The notes: generated from the sequence alone by a model not told the origin. Shown: positions 1 through 8,332, counted from the stretch's first letter. The stretch: 64,000 bases of DNA from Candidatus Poribacteria bacterium (GCA_965208425.1 OZ242335.1:11018-75017); one strand, 5' to 3'. Made by a program: numbers and translations.

Positions 1-1
1 T

Positions 2-148
2 ATGTATACAATGCACTGCTCGCTGGATAATCGCTCTGATCGGATTCGGCTATCTTCTGACACGCGCTACCAATTGGCATCGGAGCCGGTAGATGAGCGT
101 TGGATTGGCGAAAATCCGATCGCCCATTCCGTGCGGGAAGAAGGGTAA
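2..148 (+). CDS. PhyH-type Fe(II)/2-oxoglutarate dioxygenase, C-terminal fragment (gene begins upstream of window)
   Basis: Frame is open from the window edge to TAA 146-148. Translation MHCSLDNRSDRIRLSSDTRY resembles the distal His/Arg region of phytanoyl-CoA dioxygenase family proteins. A full paralog lies at 18455-19258. Confidence 0.4.
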   Translation: MYTMHCSLDNRSDRIRLSSDTRYQLASEPVDERWIGENPIAHSVREEG

Positions 149-192
149 GATGTTCAATTGGAAAAATTATGAGCAACAGAGGCGTATGAAGC

Positions 193-396
193 ATGAAGCA
201 TTTCACAATAGAAATTCAACGTGATGGGAATTTCTTTGTTGCTCAGTGTCTTGAGGAAGAATCCTGTTTCACGCAAGGAAGAACACTTCAAGAAACCATC
301 CGTAATATGCGCGAAGTTTTGGAATTGATGTTAAATATAAAGGATCCCCAACTAGAGGTGCACTTACGGCGCGATGCGGTTGAGGTATTTGCTTGA
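193..396 (+). CDS. HicB-like antitoxin domain protein (UPF0150 type), no adjacent HicA seen
   Basis: 67 aa. MKHFTIEIQRDGNFFVAQCLEEESCFTQGRTLQETIRNMREVLELM is the typical HicB N-terminal fold signature. Confidence 0.55.
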   Translation: MKHFTIEIQRDGNFFVAQCLEEESCFTQGRTLQETIRNMREVLELMLNIKDPQLEVHLRRDAVEVFA

Positions 397-467
397 AGCT
401 TTCCGTCACGACATAAAAACAACCTTGTGTAGAGAATATATCCTATCCAATAGGCAATAACTTTATA

Positions 468-558
468 GGCTTATGTAAAAAGAAAGTGCAAAACACGAAG
501 AGAAACCGAGTTTTCAAGAAAAAACTCGGTTTCTTTGCACTATTTCTTAACATGAGCG
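468..558. repeat. MITE-like element, type B (common termini plus cagaaaccgag..ctcggtttct hairpin core)
   Basis: Layout is ggcttatgtaaaaagaaagtgcaa ... agaaaccgagttttcaagaaaaaactcggtttct ... ttgcactatttcttaacatgagcg. The termini are inverted (GCTCATGT..TGCAA). It ends 28 nt before the ATG at 586. Confidence 0.8.
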
Positions 559-585
559 ACTTTATAAACCAAGTAGGAGGTCATC

Positions 586-954
586 ATGATTATACGAAAC
601 TGGCGTGATTCAATTCCTTACGTCGGGCATGAGAGCAAAATTATTTGGCCCATACTGACGCGCACTGGGAGCGAACATGCCGATCCACCGGAAACTGCGT
701 GTCTGCTAGGATTGACTAACTTCACGCGCCATGTGGTTCAAGGGCGCATCACGACGGACTACCACGACCATCAAGACAAAGAACAGGTTTACTACTTTAT
801 CAAAGGACGTGGCAAAATGTTGATTGATGGTAAGGAATACCCGGTGACAGCGGGTGACGCCGTGCATCTGCCGCCTAAAACAAAGCATGGGGTCATCAAC
901 GACGGCGAGGATGAAATTGAATACCTGAATATCAGTGCGCCCGTTGAGTCGTAG
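586..954 (+). CDS. cupin domain protein
   Basis: 122 aa with an AGGAGG RBS. Motifs DHQDKEQVYYFIKGRG ... GDAVHLPPKTKHG fit the two cupin motifs. Confidence 0.7.
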   Translation: MIIRNWRDSIPYVGHESKIIWPILTRTGSEHADPPETACLLGLTNFTRHVVQGRITTDYHDHQDKEQVYYFIKGRGKMLIDGKEYPVTAGDAVHLPPKTKHGVINDGEDEIEYLNISAPVES

Positions 955-979
955 TGCGGTAACGCAATCCTTCTCTATT

Positions 980-1088
980 AGGACTTACGCAGTTGAACGG
1001 TCAAAGTCCTGTAGTTCAGTGATTCATCGCCGTAGGACACCGTTTCGAACGCCCGATGAATCGGGCAACTACAATCTAAAGTGCGTAA
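980..1088. repeat. REPIN-like doublet of inverted GTAG-headed REP hairpins
   Basis: gtagttcagtgattcatcgccg (1011-) faces inverted cgcccgatgaatcgggcaactac (1049-1072). Flanks are acttacgcagtt / aagtgcgtaa. The same design recurs at 4398 and 27902. Confidence 0.8.
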
Positions 1089-1105
1089 ATTCTGTCTATA
1101 TTACT

Positions 1106-1256
1106 GGAGGCTCATGTAAAAAGAGAGTGCAAAGCACGAAGTAAAGGCCCCCTTTGTACCCCCCTTAATCCCCCCGCAAGCAGGGGGAGAGTAACCCCTG
1201 ATAAATCGGGATGCAAGTGCTTGTGGCTTTGGTTGCACTAATTCTTAACATGAGCG
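1106..1256. repeat. MITE-like element, type A (about 150 nt)
   Basis: Near-identical copies at 21444-21593 and 28220-28367, plus a truncated copy at 28031-28105. Termini are gctcatgtaaaaagagagtgcaa / ttgcactaattcttaacatgagc. The core holds a ccccc..ggggg hairpin and a REP-like ctgataaatcggg piece. Confidence 0.9.
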
Positions 1257-1276
1257 ATTACTGTTAAGGAGTTCTT

Positions 1277-2083
1277 ATGATTAAGCTCGGTATGTACGGT
1301 TCATATTTCGGCAAGGACGATCCAAAAACACTTCCCTATATTGAAGATGTGGTTGATTTTGCCTACGAGTTGAAACTAGACGTCGTTGATTTCCGCGCTG
1401 ATGTGGGTTTTCGCTCGCAGGACCCCGACTATCTGCGTGCTATCAAGATTAAGTGCCTCAAAGCCGGACTCCCTATCGGCTACCTCGCGACCGGCGGTCA
1501 TTTCGTCGGAACGGAGGATGAACTACAGGAGAAAATCGCTCGGTGCAAAGCGGACTTGGACACAGCGGTGTTCCTCGGTGCGCCGATGGTCAGATCTTTC
1601 TGTGGTCCCACCCCGGAAACCGACGAAGCTCAAGCACGTGAAGTCGAGTGTTTCCAAGAACTTTGTGATGCCGCCGCCGAAAAGGGTATTATCGTCGGGG
1701 TACAGAACCATCCGTGTACCGGCGAGGGCGTCCTACAACTCCTGCGGGAAACAAACCGTGAAAACTTTACCTTTATTCTAGATACCGGTCAGTGGGTCGG
1801 CTCCCCTTCTCGGACCCAAGGCGTTCCCGATCCGGATATAGATACCTACGAATTTATGGAACAGACCGCTGCCTACGCCTCGTATGTGCGCGCTAAAATC
1901 TATAAGGTGGACAGCGGGCGTGAGGAGTGGCTAGATTATGAGCGCATCGTTGAAATTCTGAAAGCAGCGAATTTTAACGGCTGCATGTCCATCACATTCG
2001 AGGGCAAGGATGTCAACGAATGCGATGATAAGGAAACCTTCAGACGAGCGGCTAAGTACCTACGCGGACTGCTTGCTGCCTAG
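1277..2083 (+). CDS. sugar phosphate isomerase/epimerase (xylose isomerase-like TIM barrel)
   Basis: 268 aa with an AGGAG RBS. The family-typical layout (..VDFRAD.., GVQNHP, ILDTGQW, SITFEG) is shared with the paralog at 12028-12828. Confidence 0.75.
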   Translation: MIKLGMYGSYFGKDDPKTLPYIEDVVDFAYELKLDVVDFRADVGFRSQDPDYLRAIKIKCLKAGLPIGYLATGGHFVGTEDELQEKIARCKADLDTAVFLGAPMVRSFCGPTPETDEAQAREVECFQELCDAAAEKGIIVGVQNHPCTGEGVLQLLRETNRENFTFILDTGQWVGSPSRTQGVPDPDIDTYEFMEQTAAYASYVRAKIYKVDSGREEWLDYERIVEILKAANFNGCMSITFEGKDVNECDDKETFRRAAKYLRGLLAA

Positions 2084-2101
2084 CCTTTTTGGAGATTCCG
2101 T

Positions 2102-2127
2102 GAGGAACAACGATTGTTGTTCCCTAC
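2102..2127. repeat. degenerate GTAG-type palindrome (ggaacaacgattgttgttccctac)
   Basis: 8-bp stem ggaacaac/gttgttcc placed just after the stop at 2083. Related to the copies at 3301 and 4515. Confidence 0.55.
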
Positions 2128-2166
2128 ATCAGAATCAGAACACAATACATAATCAAGGAGATTACA

Positions 2167-3279
2167 ATGGCCGAAAATGTATACTCAAGATTGGGTGCAG
2201 TACCCATCATCAACGCTGCAGGCAACTCTACCGCTATGGGCGGCTCAACCCCTACTCCGATAGTTAAACAGGCGATGGAAGAGGCGGAAGAGTACTTCGT
2301 GGACATGGAGGAACTGCTCGAAAAGTCCGGAGACCACATCGCCTCTCTAGTAGGCGCAGAAGCCGCTTATGTCACGGCTGGCTGTTACGCTGCTATGGTT
2401 CTATCCACCGCCGCGTGTATGACCGGCAATGATCAGGAAAAAATGGATCAGCTCCCGGATACTACCGGCATGAAAGACGAGGTCATCCTCCAAGCGAAGC
2501 AGCGATACGGATTCGACCGGGCTTACACCATACCGGGAAGTAAGCTAGTAATAGCTGGAGACGAAAGCGGATGCACAGCGGAGCAGTTGGAAGCCGCAAT
2601 CGGTCCCCAGACTGCGGCTGTGATCCACTTTATCAGTCCCGATCCGGATGCCACCGTTGTCTCGCTCGAAGATACGGTCAGAATTGCGCACGCACATAAT
2701 GTGTATGTCATCGCTGACGCCGCTTCGCAGATCTTTCCGATCGATTACTTTCAGGACACCGCCGTCTCCGCCGATTTGGTCTGCTTCGGTGGCAAATATG
2801 TCCACGGTCCCCACTCCGCTGGGTTTGTGGCTGGGAAGAAGGACCTGATCCAAGCGGTCGCAGCCCACGGCTTTATCGGTCCTCGCCCTTTGGGACGCGG
2901 GATGAAAATAGACCGACAGGAAATTATCGGACTCACTGTCGCTCTCGACCAATGGTTCACCATGGACCATGAGGAACGCTTCGACGAGTATCGTAAAAAG
3001 TTCGCTGTCATTGAACGCGCAATTGAAGGAGCACCCGGTGTGGAGGAAACAAAGGAAGCCACCACAGAAAGATATTGGGGTGTTGAACTCCACGTTGTCA
3101 TTAACGCGGCGGAGGCAGCGCGGAGTGCTAGCGAACTCATTGCGGAACTTGATGCCGGTGATCCCTGCATCAAAGTCGGCGGCGAAGGTGAAGATACTGT
3201 CGTAGTCCGGGTGGATAACCTAGAGGAAGGCGATGAACACACCATTGCCCAACGGTTGAGAGCCCTGCTCGCCGGTTAA
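2167..3279 (+). CDS. SelA-like PLP-dependent enzyme (L-seryl-tRNA selenium transferase-related family, not bona fide SelA)
   Basis: 370 aa. N-terminus is YSRLGAVPIINAAGNSTAMGGS and a candidate PLP lysine sits in FGGKYVHGPHSAG. It is too short and lacks the N-terminal tRNA-binding part expected of true SelA. Confidence 0.55.
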   Translation: MAENVYSRLGAVPIINAAGNSTAMGGSTPTPIVKQAMEEAEEYFVDMEELLEKSGDHIASLVGAEAAYVTAGCYAAMVLSTAACMTGNDQEKMDQLPDTTGMKDEVILQAKQRYGFDRAYTIPGSKLVIAGDESGCTAEQLEAAIGPQTAAVIHFISPDPDATVVSLEDTVRIAHAHNVYVIADAASQIFPIDYFQDTAVSADLVCFGGKYVHGPHSAGFVAGKKDLIQAVAAHGFIGPRPLGRGMKIDRQEIIGLTVALDQWFTMDHEERFDEYRKKFAVIERAIEGAPGVEETKEATTERYWGVELHVVINAAEAARSASELIAELDAGDPCIKVGGEGEDTVVVRVDNLEEGDEHTIAQRLRALLAG

Positions 3280-3300
3280 TTCGGTTCTGATTTGGGATTT

Positions 3301-3328
3301 GTAGGGAACGCAGATCTGCGTTCCCTAC
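3301..3328 (+). terminator. perfect 28-nt GTAG palindrome, probable terminator/REP-type hairpin
   Basis: gtagggaacgcagatctgcgttccctac is fully self-complementary and lies 22 nt after the stop at 3279. Confidence 0.5.
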
Positions 3329-3388
3329 TCCAAGATTTACCTAGCGAACCCCATTCCCCGCCAACAAATTATTGGCAAGCACACGCAG

Positions 3389-4291
3389 ATGAACAAGCAG
3401 TTTCCAACAGCAGCATGTGACCAAATTGCGGCGGATTTTCGCGGACGCATCGGCTTCTACATTGAAGACCTGACCACTGGCATCGCACATGAGCACAATG
3501 CGGATCAACGCTTCCCCACCGCGAGTGTCTGCAAAGTTCCGGTGATGATCGAGTTATTTCGTCAGGTTGAGATTGGCATTCTTTCGCTTGATGAACGCCG
3601 TCGGCTACAGGGCAACATCTCCACCCACGGTTCAGGGACGCTAAAACTGATGGAAGATGCGCCGGAATTGACCCTGCACGACTATTGCCGGGTGATGATC
3701 GGGATCAGCGATAATATGGCGACCGATCTCCTATTAGGGGTGGTTGGGTTAGAATCCGTCAACGCCACGTTAGATACGATGGGCTTCCCCAACACTCGAA
3801 CCAGTGTGACTCTCGGTCGCTATCACTATCGGATGTTCGGTATGGATAATGTCCCGTGCAACCGAGAAAATGATGTGTTGCAGCAAAAACGGGCAGAGAC
3901 GCACGGCACTGACTTCAACAGTCTGTCCTTTCAGGACTCTTTGGAAAACAACGTCGCCACCCCAAGGGATATGGGGAGTCTCTTGAAACAACTTCACGCC
4001 GGTCAGGTCGTCAGTCCGCAGGCATCCGCAGCGATGATCGAGATGCTCAAACTGTGCAATGACCGCCGTATGATTCCCCGCGACCTAAAACCTGACATCT
4101 CAATCGCACACAAGATTGGATCGAGTGGACGCATCAAAGGGGATGTCGGTCTTGTCTTCCTCCCAACGGGTCCCTTTATTGTCTCGGCATTCGCACTTGC
4201 CAGCGACGATGGTGTTCGTGGGGATGAAGCGATTGCGGAGATCACACGGTTAGCGGTGGAAGCCTTCTCGCCCGAAAGTATCGCCCAATAG
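3389..4291 (+). CDS. class A beta-lactamase-related serine hydrolase
   Basis: 300 aa with S-x-x-K (SVCK), SDN (ISDNMATD) and K-x-G (HKIGSSG) motifs in canonical order. No signal peptide is evident. Confidence 0.7.
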   Translation: MNKQFPTAACDQIAADFRGRIGFYIEDLTTGIAHEHNADQRFPTASVCKVPVMIELFRQVEIGILSLDERRRLQGNISTHGSGTLKLMEDAPELTLHDYCRVMIGISDNMATDLLLGVVGLESVNATLDTMGFPNTRTSVTLGRYHYRMFGMDNVPCNRENDVLQQKRAETHGTDFNSLSFQDSLENNVATPRDMGSLLKQLHAGQVVSPQASAAMIEMLKLCNDRRMIPRDLKPDISIAHKIGSSGRIKGDVGLVFLPTGPFIVSAFALASDDGVRGDEAIAEITRLAVEAFSPESIAQ

Positions 4292-4397
4292 CGAATCCTT
4301 AATTTTGTAGGTCAGGCTTCCTAGCCCGATCCCAGCATTGGGTCAGTACCAGCAGGTCGAGATTCATATCTCGACATCTCAACTTTGAATTATTTTA

Positions 4398-4560
4398 AGA
4401 GTTACGCAGTTGGGTGCTTCACCCCTTGTAGTTCGGTAATTTATCACCGCTATACACTGTTCCCAACGCCCGATAAATCGGGCAACTACAATAAAAGGCA
4501 CCATCAAAAAGTTCGTAGGGAACAACGATCGTTGTTCCTTACTGAAGTGCGTAAGTCCTA
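4398..4560. repeat. REPIN-like doublet with an embedded GTAG palindrome
   Basis: Components in order: gttacgcagtt, tgtagttcggtaatttatcaccgc, cgcccgataaatcgggcaactaca, gtagggaacaacgatcgttgttccttac (4515-4542), then gaagtgcgtaagtcc. Confidence 0.8.
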
Positions 4561-4599
4561 TATTTTATCAAAACTTAAATTTCCTATGGAGGAAACAAA

Positions 4600-5193
4600 A
4601 TGGCAGAGATACATAGTTCTTGGCAACGCGATTTCGATGTATACGACAGACTCAACGCACTCGGTATTGATCTCGGAACAAAAGCCGATGCAATTTCTGA
4701 TCCCCGTGGTCGGCGTATCTGTAACCTCACCTTTACTCCGTCTGGCTTGGTCTTCGCTTCGGGAACGGGTGCCGGTACAGGACCGGTGACCAACGACGAT
4801 CAAGATGTGGAGGACGGTTACGAAGCGGGTCGAGAGGCAGGGATCAGCCACATCCTTTCTTTGCACTGGGGATTGGAGCCTTTTGGGAACCTGAACGATG
4901 TTTGGTACTGCGTCAAGTGTATCGGGATGGTCAACTCACACGGTGGCGGATCTTTTACAAAATCGCCTCAAGTTGTGGACGGCTACACCAAAGCGTTTCA
5001 TGATGTGTTCGGCGGACCGCTATCCGAATCGGCTGAAGACGGTATGGACTCATCGCTATCAGGTTGGCATGCGCGAAGTGCCGTTGCAGGCTATGACCTA
5101 CCGGGAAACTGCAAAATTGAACCTGAGATGATTTTCCAGATCGATCCAGATCTGGCAATTAGAATCATCCGAGAGCGTGGTCCACATATCTAA
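4600..5193 (+). CDS. RidA/YjgF-like family protein (with insertions)
   Basis: 197 aa with a GGAGG RBS. Segments LVFASGTGA, VKCIGMVNS and HARSAVAGYDLPGNCKIEPEMIFQI follow the RidA pattern (SGQ .. ARS .. LP .. VEIE). Confidence 0.55.
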   Translation: MAEIHSSWQRDFDVYDRLNALGIDLGTKADAISDPRGRRICNLTFTPSGLVFASGTGAGTGPVTNDDQDVEDGYEAGREAGISHILSLHWGLEPFGNLNDVWYCVKCIGMVNSHGGGSFTKSPQVVDGYTKAFHDVFGGPLSESAEDGMDSSLSGWHARSAVAGYDLPGNCKIEPEMIFQIDPDLAIRIIRERGPHI

Positions 5194-5208
5194 ATTTTGA
5201 CTCATGTA

Positions 5209-5246
5209 GAAGTTACGCACTTCAGCCCCGATTTCATCGGGATTCT
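5209..5246. repeat. single REP-like hairpin (half element)
   Basis: gaagttacgcacttcagccccgatttcatcgggattc, with stem ccccgat/atcgggg-like and the same flank as the REPIN copies. Confidence 0.5.
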
Positions 5247-5247
5247 A

Positions 5248-5293
5248 TGAATGAAACGTGAAACGTAAAACGTGATAAATGAACCAATGAACG
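5248..5293. repeat. GAAACGT direct-repeat motif plus aaccaatgaac box
   Basis: gaatgaaacgtgaaacgtaaaacgtgataaatgaaccaatgaacg. Related copies at 6375-6396, 10746-10814 (inverted) and 11789-11835. Confidence 0.7.
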
Positions 5294-5360
5294 TGTCTTG
5301 GAGTAGTTCCCGATGGGCATTGGGCTTCGTTTGCTTTGAGCATTCAACTGCGTAACTTTT

Positions 5361-5418
5361 ATCATGTTAAGAGATCGACCAACAGAAACCGAGTTTTGAA
5401 GAAAAAACTCGGTTTCTC
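5361..5418. repeat. MITE type B fragment (terminus plus hairpin core)
   Basis: atcatgttaagagatcgaccaacagaaaccgagttttgaagaaaaaactcggtttct. It ends 20 nt before the ATG at 5438. Confidence 0.75.
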
Positions 5419-5437
5419 TCCATGCTTGGGAGATGTT

Positions 5438-6331
5438 ATGTCTACTCGCTTCGTTTTTTTGACCGACAGTCACTATTACCCCGGTGCGCCTAAGGATTAC
5501 GGCGCACCCAAAATGCTGACAAAGAGCAAGACGGTCCTCGACGCAATCGTGCCAACGATCAACCCGATTAAACCTGAGTTCATTGTTCACGGCGGTGATT
5601 TCATCTGTGGTGGTAGTTCGTTTGATCTGCCGTGGACGACCTATCTGCAATCCATTGAGGATGTTGCGACAACTTTTGACGGCTTTGAGGCACCGCTATA
5701 CTGTGTCCCCGGCAATCACGACTCCGATGCACAACAGGGGTCTTTTGAAGCGTTTGCAGACAGGTTCGAGATCCCTGAGACGCTCACGGTTGTTGATGCC
5801 GCTCCACGCCTTCGTCTCGCAACCGCTAATATCTATCACCAGTGCGACCCAATCGAAGAAGGCAGCGGCATTTGGACCGACACCCTCGACAGTGCACTCC
5901 GTGAGGAAGCGGAAAAAGCCTATGACGAAGGGCACGCAATGCTGCTGTTTCTCCACGCATGGGCACTGCCAAGCCATGAAGAAGGAAAGGGCATGGTTGA
6001 CGGTGCAGACCGGTTGTTGGAAACCGTGAAGAGCAGTCCCGCCATCGTCGCGCTATTCACGGGGCACCGGCATATCAACCGTATCCGGATGTATCGTGAT
6101 TTCCTCATTGTTGATACCGCCTGTCTAATCGGTTACCCGATGGGGTTTCGGGAGGTCCAACTCCGGGACGACGGATATTTTGAGACGCGATTTCATCAAC
6201 TCCCGCTACCGGCACTTATCCAAGAATCGTACGACAAATCTAGTGATGAGACGAATAACGTCTGGTGCGGGGAAATCCATGACCGGAACACGGAAGTCCT
6301 CATACCTAGACTCAAAGAGATTTGGCGTTAG
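5438..6331 (+). CDS. metallophosphoesterase (calcineurin-like)
   Basis: I trimmed the start to ATG 5438 because the upstream part of the track ORF is repeat DNA. Motifs: LTDSHY, GGDF, GNHD, GHRH. Confidence 0.75.
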   Translation: MSTRFVFLTDSHYYPGAPKDYGAPKMLTKSKTVLDAIVPTINPIKPEFIVHGGDFICGGSSFDLPWTTYLQSIEDVATTFDGFEAPLYCVPGNHDSDAQQGSFEAFADRFEIPETLTVVDAAPRLRLATANIYHQCDPIEEGSGIWTDTLDSALREEAEKAYDEGHAMLLFLHAWALPSHEEGKGMVDGADRLLETVKSSPAIVALFTGHRHINRIRMYRDFLIVDTACLIGYPMGFREVQLRDDGYFETRFHQLPLPALIQESYDKSSDETNNVWCGEIHDRNTEVLIPRLKEIWR

Positions 6332-6374
6332 CAGAACCTAAGTTACTAGATGTTGTTCCGGTGCTTGTCTAAAT

Positions 6375-6396
6375 CGTGAAACGTGAAACGTAATGC
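6375..6396. repeat. GAAACGT direct-repeat motif
   Basis: cgtgaaacgtgaaacgtaatgc. Confidence 0.65.
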
Positions 6397-6494
6397 TTAA
6401 TGCGGGGATCGCAGATTAGGCAATCTGCGCCACGATTGGCAACATTTGCACTACTACTGGGACTCTATAACATAACCCAAGTAGTTAGAACCAG

Positions 6495-6528
6495 ACAGAA
6501 ACCGAGTTTTGAAGAAAAAACTCGGTTT
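6495..6528. repeat. isolated type B hairpin core
   Basis: cagaaaccgagttttgaagaaaaaactcggttt. Confidence 0.75.
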
Positions 6529-6578
6529 ATACTGCTTGGTTTATCAACTAGCAACTTGCGTCAGAATAGGAGAAGCAG

Positions 6579-7271
6579 ATGAGAATCCTCGTCACCGGTG
6601 CTGCCGGTGCTGTTGGTACGGCGGTCGTGAAAGGGATGAAAGACCGATATTCTTTGCGTGGGTTTGACCGCGCCCCGATGCCGGAGATCGAAGATGCAAT
6701 TGTCGGGGATGTCACTGATTTTGACATCGTGCTCAGAGCCACTCAGGACATGGAGGCAGTAATCCACCTCGCAGGCAACCCTTCCGGCGGCGCACCGTGG
6801 GAAGATATACTCCAGAATAACATTATCGGCACTTACAATGTGTTTGAAGCGGCACAGCAAAACGGTGTCCGTCGCATCGCCTTTGCCAGCCGTGCGGGGC
6901 TCCTCGCCCCCTACCCAAAAGACATCATGCGGACGGTTGATATGACCCCTCGACCGGAGACTTACTATTCGATCAGTAAGGTCTTTGGAGAGAATCTAGG
7001 GTATATGTATTCAGCCCGGTTTGACATGGAGTTTGTCTCGGTTCGGATTGGTAATTTTAAGCGGGACCGCGACCTTCCCGACCACCCGCATCAACTGAGC
7101 CACGGCGACGCGGCTCTTGTATTTGAGCAGGCAGTCACTCAGCCGGGGGTGAAGTTCGAGGTTGTGTTCGGTGTTTCAGATAGCACATGGGCACTCTACG
7201 ATCTGGAACATGGGCGGCAGGTTATCGACTACCACCCACAGGATAAGTCGGACGCAGAGCCGGAGGTTTGA
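6579..7271 (+). CDS. NAD-dependent SDR, uronate dehydrogenase (Udh)-like
   Basis: 230 aa. It has the VTGAAGAVG Rossmann motif. ILQNNIIGTYNVFEAA..RIAFAS..YSISKVFGENLGYMY..VRIGN closely follows the Udh pattern as I remember it. Confidence 0.65.
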   Translation: MRILVTGAAGAVGTAVVKGMKDRYSLRGFDRAPMPEIEDAIVGDVTDFDIVLRATQDMEAVIHLAGNPSGGAPWEDILQNNIIGTYNVFEAAQQNGVRRIAFASRAGLLAPYPKDIMRTVDMTPRPETYYSISKVFGENLGYMYSARFDMEFVSVRIGNFKRDRDLPDHPHQLSHGDAALVFEQAVTQPGVKFEVVFGVSDSTWALYDLEHGRQVIDYHPQDKSDAEPEV

Positions 7272-7303
7272 GAAGCAACTGTAACGGCACATTAAGGAGA
7301 AGA

Positions 7304-8332
7304 ATGATGGATGTTCTTATTATCGGTGGCACACGATACATGGGTCGGATTGTCGTGCAGAGACTGCTTGAACGCGGAGACAAGGTCACCATCTTCTCCA
7401 GAGGGACTACTCAACCTGAATGGTGGGAGCAGATCGAACATATTCAGGGAGACCGTGAGGATCAGGCAGATTTTGCAGCAAAGCTGGAAGGGAAATTTTT
7501 TGATGCGGTCATTGACACGCAGGCTTATCGCAAGGAAGATGTCGAATCCGCTGTGGGGGCATTCGATGGAAACGTGGGGCGTTACGTCATAGTCAGCACC
7601 GGATCGGTGTACTTGGAAGGCGCGGTAGACTTTTCCAAGCACTGCACGTTCCAAGAGTCGGTCGTGGATTGGTCGTCGCTTGACTATACCTACCCCGCAG
7701 GAGAAGACCCGTACGGCGTCGGCAAGCGACACTGTGAAAAGTGGCTCCAAGAAAACAGCAATATCCCGTACACAATCGTCCGTATTCCGGCGGTCATGGG
7801 CTGGGACGATCCCACTGGACGGATGTGGTGGTGGGTCCAACGGGCATTGGACGGACGCGGTGTGGTTGTTCCGTTAGAAAACCGTGGGCTATTTCGCACC
7901 CTATATTCTGCTGATGCTGCGGGGGCTTTCATTCGTGTCCTCAATGTACCGGAAACCGTCAACCAAACGTATCACATCGCCATGCAGGAGATAATGACCA
8001 TTGAGCGTTGGGCAAGCCTGATTTGGGGTGCAGCGGGTCACAAGTGCCGGATTACCTATGTTCCAAACGAAATTATCCAAAAACAGCCTCACCTAAATGC
8101 CTACGCCCCGCCGATGAGTCGGTCTGTTTCGTATCTCTACAACCTGTCCAAAGCCGAGCGTGAGTTCGGTTTCAGCACCACACCTGTAGAAGAGTGGATT
8201 CAGACAACCGTAGATTGGTATCGTGAGCAGTACGAAGGCGAAGAGTCGGAAGGCTATGAATATCGGGAAGACGAACTAAAGTTAGCATCAAGATGGAAGG
8301 AACAATTTGATCAGTTCATTTCAGGATTTTAG
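7304..8332 (+). CDS. NAD-dependent epimerase/dehydratase family protein
   Basis: I chose ATG 7304, which follows an AAGGAGA RBS. N-terminus is MMDVLIIGGTRYMGR and an extended SDR fold follows. Confidence 0.7.
   Translation: MMDVLIIGGTRYMGRIVVQRLLERGDKVTIFSRGTTQPEWWEQIEHIQGDREDQADFAAKLEGKFFDAVIDTQAYRKEDVESAVGAFDGNVGRYVIVSTGSVYLEGAVDFSKHCTFQESVVDWSSLDYTYPAGEDPYGVGKRHCEKWLQENSNIPYTIVRIPAVMGWDDPTGRMWWWVQRALDGRGVVVPLENRGLFRTLYSADAAGAFIRVLNVPETVNQTYHIAMQEIMTIERWASLIWGAAGHKCRITYVPNEIIQKQPHLNAYAPPMSRSVSYLYNLSKAEREFGFSTTPVEEWIQTTVDWYREQYEGEESEGYEYREDELKLASRWKEQFDQFISGF

Noticed and set aside
935-1144. Track ORFs lying in spacers: 935-1144, 4385-4789, 6400-6582, 28164-28352, 36860-37210, 21393-21575 and 21548-21775
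   Set aside because: They are translations of REP/REPIN or MITE DNA and share peptides such as PTPDKSGNYN. They lack RBSs and overlap repeat copies that occur in non-coding contexts elsewhere.
1223-1240. Possible sigma-54 or sigma-70 promoter inside the MITE right arm (gtggctttggttgcact, ttgcac..taacat)
   Set aside because: The GG-GC spacing is 8 nt, not 10. The -35/-10-like hexamers are only 7 nt apart. Neither fits a functional promoter geometry.
2167-3279. Using the SelA-like gene as evidence that the organism has selenocysteine machinery
   Set aside because: The protein is about 370 aa and sits in a sugar-acid cluster. It looks like the SelA-related PLP enzyme family rather than true SelA. 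It says nothing about selB/selC/selD, so it cannot support the Sec hypothesis.
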